The translations under genes were made by a program, and so were the position numbers. Positions 61,431 to 64,000 of a stretch of 64,000 nt of DNA are shown piece by piece. The stretch covers positions 168,262 through 232,261 of the forward strand of contig WTKD01000006.1 in assembly GCA_011524535.1 (NCBI GenBank). The letters are read 5' to 3'. The notes under the pieces are model-generated. The model was not told the origin of the DNA. It saw only the letters and a list, made by a program, of their open reading frames with translations, and searched no databases. Source of the stretch: Spirochaetaceae bacterium (GTDB taxonomy: Bacteria > Spirochaetota > Spirochaetia > WTKD01). Every line of letters starts with the position of its first letter. Position 1 is the first letter of the stretch.

Positions 61431-63215
61431 TTACCATCCACCAAAGAGAGGAGCCTCTCCTAAATCTTCGAGATTAGTATCAAGTACATTGCTCCTTCGC
61501 CCCTCTAAACTAATATCGAGTATTCTCATTGAGGTATATTGCTCGCCGTTGAACGTCACTCCTCCATATGCATTTTCTACAAACCTGCTTCCCGATATGA
61601 GTCCAAACGAATTTGAATCTCCGCTAATCCTGCGAACACTGACATTGTATTCTATCGTGTTATCTGTTGTGACAAGTATGCCCATATTCCTATTACCCAC
61701 AATGCCTCCTCCGTAACTGAGAGAAGTTATGTAGACAGGAAGAGTTATTTCCCCTACGTTGCCAGAAGCGATTACTCCGCCGTGCATAACTCCGACCATG
61801 CCCCCAACATTATTTCCAGTTTCACTGGTCAGTGATCCAAGTGATACATTGTGTTCAAGGGTTCCGCTGATCATTTCTCCGACTATTCCACCGACATTAT
61901 CCGAATGTGAGATGATCGTTCCAGAATTGGTGTTTTGTGAAAGTATTCCGTTGTCCATTATGCCAATAATGCCACCGATTCCGTCGCCTTTTCCATCCAG
62001 AACTCCTAGGTTATTGTTCCCTTCGAGGAAGGTTTCGGTGCCGACGAATAGTCTTCCAAGTATTCCGCCGCCAGCCCCTTGTGATACGAGTATGGCACCT
62101 TTGTTTGTGCTGTTTCGTATTGCACTTTGTTGGTACATAGAGCCAGCTATACCACCGATGTTTTCTTTTTTTGTACTAATAGAACCTTCATTCGTAAAGT
62201 TTGTTATGGTTCCACTGATAAATAGACCTGCGGCGCCTCCGGTATTGAATATTTCACTGTAAATTCTCCCTTTGTTTGAGCTGTTCGATATAGTTCCGGT
62301 CAGCGCTAATCCCACAACCCCTCCAATGCCAACAACTCTTTCAGAAGAAATTCTAGATGTTTGTATAGTGGCTTCATTTCTTACCGTGTCTAGTCTACCG
62401 GTTTGTATCCTCCCAACGATGCCACCAACATGCTCTAAGCCACGTACCGTTCCACTAACCGATATAGATTGAATTATTCCATTCATCAATAACCCAGATA
62501 TAGCACCGACACTTGTGTGTCCTTCTATTACTACATTTTCAAGGGCTAGATCTGTTACGATAGGAGCCTCGGGGTTATTTGCTTCGACGATTTCGAATAA
62601 CCCAGAAGCGGCTCGAGAAGGACCGATATTATTCACATATAAATCGGTTATTTTCTTATCATTTCCGTTAAATACGCCTGAAAAAGCATTGTACACGGCA
62701 TAATCTGTAAATGATCCAATCGGTTCGTATTCGGGCAGAGAAACTCGATGTTCCTTATTGCATAACAACTGAGGCATGTGGATATCTTCTGTGAGGATGT
62801 ATTTCCCTGCGAGGACACTTGATTGATAGTCGATACTTGCGGTAGATGAAATGATTCGAATGTCTTCTGTTTCTGTCATTTCTTTCCAGGTCTCTGCTGT
62901 TACGTTTGAGTATACGATCAAGATAGGTCCACTGGAAGCTTCTCCGAGGAGTTGTAGTTCTTTCCAATCTGAGATTTCTATACCGGCATTATCTGCTCCC
63001 CAGTTATTTTCACGCCATGATCTTATCGTTTCGTATTGATATTGTGGGGTGTATTCCAATAATTCTTCTAGGCAGTATTCGCTATTAATTCCAGGGGAGC
63101 GAAGAGTTGCACCGATATCTCCTATGGTCATATCGGTGCATGAAATCGAAAATACTGCTTTTATGCAAATCAAAATCGCTGTGAACATTGATCGCATTTT
63201 TCCTACGATACGCAT
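61431..63215 (-). CDS. GLUG-repeat putative surface lipoprotein
   Basis: Possible lipobox FSISC; YILTEDI, PIG...FSGVFNGN, many N.G / VGGIVG repeats; ends PLFGGW. Confidence 0.82.
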   Translation of the reverse strand: MRIVGKMRSMFTAILICIKAVFSISCTDMTIGDIGATLRSPGINSEYCLEELLEYTPQYQYETIRSWRENNWGADNAGIEISDWKELQLLGEASSGPILIVYSNVTAETWKEMTETEDIRIISSTASIDYQSSVLAGKYILTEDIHMPQLLCNKEHRVSLPEYEPIGSFTDYAVYNAFSGVFNGNDKKITDLYVNNIGPSRAASGLFEIVEANNPEAPIVTDLALENVVIEGHTSVGAISGLLMNGIIQSISVSGTVRGLEHVGGIVGRIQTGRLDTVRNEATIQTSRISSERVVGIGGVVGLALTGTISNSSNKGRIYSEIFNTGGAAGLFISGTITNFTNEGSISTKKENIGGIAGSMYQQSAIRNSTNKGAILVSQGAGGGILGRLFVGTETFLEGNNNLGVLDGKGDGIGGIIGIMDNGILSQNTNSGTIISHSDNVGGIVGEMISGTLEHNVSLGSLTSETGNNVGGMVGVMHGGVIASGNVGEITLPVYITSLSYGGGIVGNRNMGILVTTDNTIEYNVSVRRISGDSNSFGLISGSRFVENAYGGVTFNGEQYTSMRILDISLEGRRSNVLDTNLEDLGEAPLFGGW

Positions 63216-63234
63216 CGATCTTGTTCTTTAATTA

Positions 63235-63999
63235 TTACCATCCACCAAACAGAGGCTTTCCTCCAGATAATGGACTTCCATTCGCATCTTGAACAATACT
63301 TGAGCCTATATCGTATATGTATTGTGAGGTGTAGGTGGGTGTCGGTCCTTGGTTTAGAATTACACCTCTGTAGATTCTATAGTTTCGAGGTCTATCTCCA
63401 GAGATAAGGCCGAATGTATGGTTGTCTCCGTTTGTTCGAATAACCGTTACATGATATGTAATTACTGTGGATGTATCTCCGACGGTATTATTTACATTTT
63501 TTCCTACTATTCCACCAACATGATCTTTTCCTCTTATGGTGACCGGCGCATTCCTAGTCCCAACGCTCACCGATGAGACGTTTCCATTCACCAAGTATCC
63601 AACCGCTCCGCCTATGCTGTTTCCTGTGTCAGAAGAAACCGAACCGGTGTTTGAGCTGTCTTTTAATGTTCCCAATGAACCTGGCTCTTGTCGTTGTGTT
63701 AGATGACCCATATATCCGATGATACCTCCGATAAAAGAACCTTCGCCGGAGATAAGGCCTGAATTTCTGGAGGATTCCACGACTGCGCCTACAAGATGTC
63801 CAACAACTCCGCCGGACAGACCTTCTCTTGTGGAAACGGAAGCAGTATTGGTTGCATTACTAATCCTTGAGGAAGATGCGACGTGCCCCGCGATCCCTCC
63901 CGCAGATGTTCTCGAAGAAACGCTTCCTGTGTTTGTGCCGCCTCGTAATACGCCCGCTGCCATATATCCAATCAAACCGCCTGCTTGCCCTTCAGGGGT
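63235..63999 (-). CDS. GLUG-repeat protein, C-terminal part (5' end outside window)
   Basis: Frame open to the window edge; repeated N.G.V / GGI.G units; ends PLFGGW. Confidence 0.82.
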   Translation of the reverse strand, partial: TPEGQAGGLIGYMAAGVLRGGTNTGSVSSRTSAGGIAGHVASSSRISNATNTASVSTREGLSGGVVGHLVGAVVESSRNSGLISGEGSFIGGIIGYMGHLTQRQEPGSLGTLKDSSNTGSVSSDTGNSIGGAVGYLVNGNVSSVSVGTRNAPVTIRGKDHVGGIVGKNVNNTVGDTSTVITYHVTVIRTNGDNHTFGLISGDRPRNYRIYRGVILNQGPTPTYTSQYIYDIGSSIVQDANGSPLSGGKPLFGGW

Positions 64000-64000
64000 A

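Noticed and set aside
61489-62703. Pro-rich antisense ORFs (PPT/PPI repeats) over the GLUG gene
   Set aside because: Mirror of Gly-Gly codons on the coding strand. The same applies to antisense ORFs over groEL, the RND gene, tctA, ftsK and uvrB.
61431-63260. Similar 3' ends of the two GLUG genes as a DGR template/variable repeat pair
   Set aside because: DNA identity covers only about 20 nt, differences are not adenine-specific, and no reverse transcriptase is present.

Overview
This is a core chromosomal region, about 40% GC by eye, from what looks like an uncultured Spirochaetia bacterium. The gene orders groEL-hypothetical-yajC-secD-secF (no groES) and hflKC-murE-ddl, the spirochaete-style lipoproteins and the EDPR-type MurE point there. 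About 50 tightly packed CDSs encode housekeeping, envelope, transport and DNA-repair functions, plus a GH16/CBM4 beta-glucanase, an RND pump with a PII-like partner, a TctCBA transporter, an adenylate cyclase, a K+ channel with a cNMP-binding partner, and two GLUG-repeat surface proteins. I see no tRNA, rRNA, CRISPR array, transposase, integrase or reverse transcriptase. The strongest non-obvious signals are: (1) a TAnnnT -10 box 5-6 nt before the start codon, without Shine-Dalgarno, at a dozen genes, implying pervasive leaderless mRNAs; (2) an unannotated ~180-nt structured RNA (6S-like but atypical) at 4272-4450; (3) an uncharacterised three-gene envelope operon divergent from the adenylate cyclase; (4) a chemoreceptor-like protein with a decayed signalling tip; (5) tandem GLUG paralogues sharing a terminal PLFGGW motif. 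All calls come from reading motifs by eye; no database search or folding program was run.
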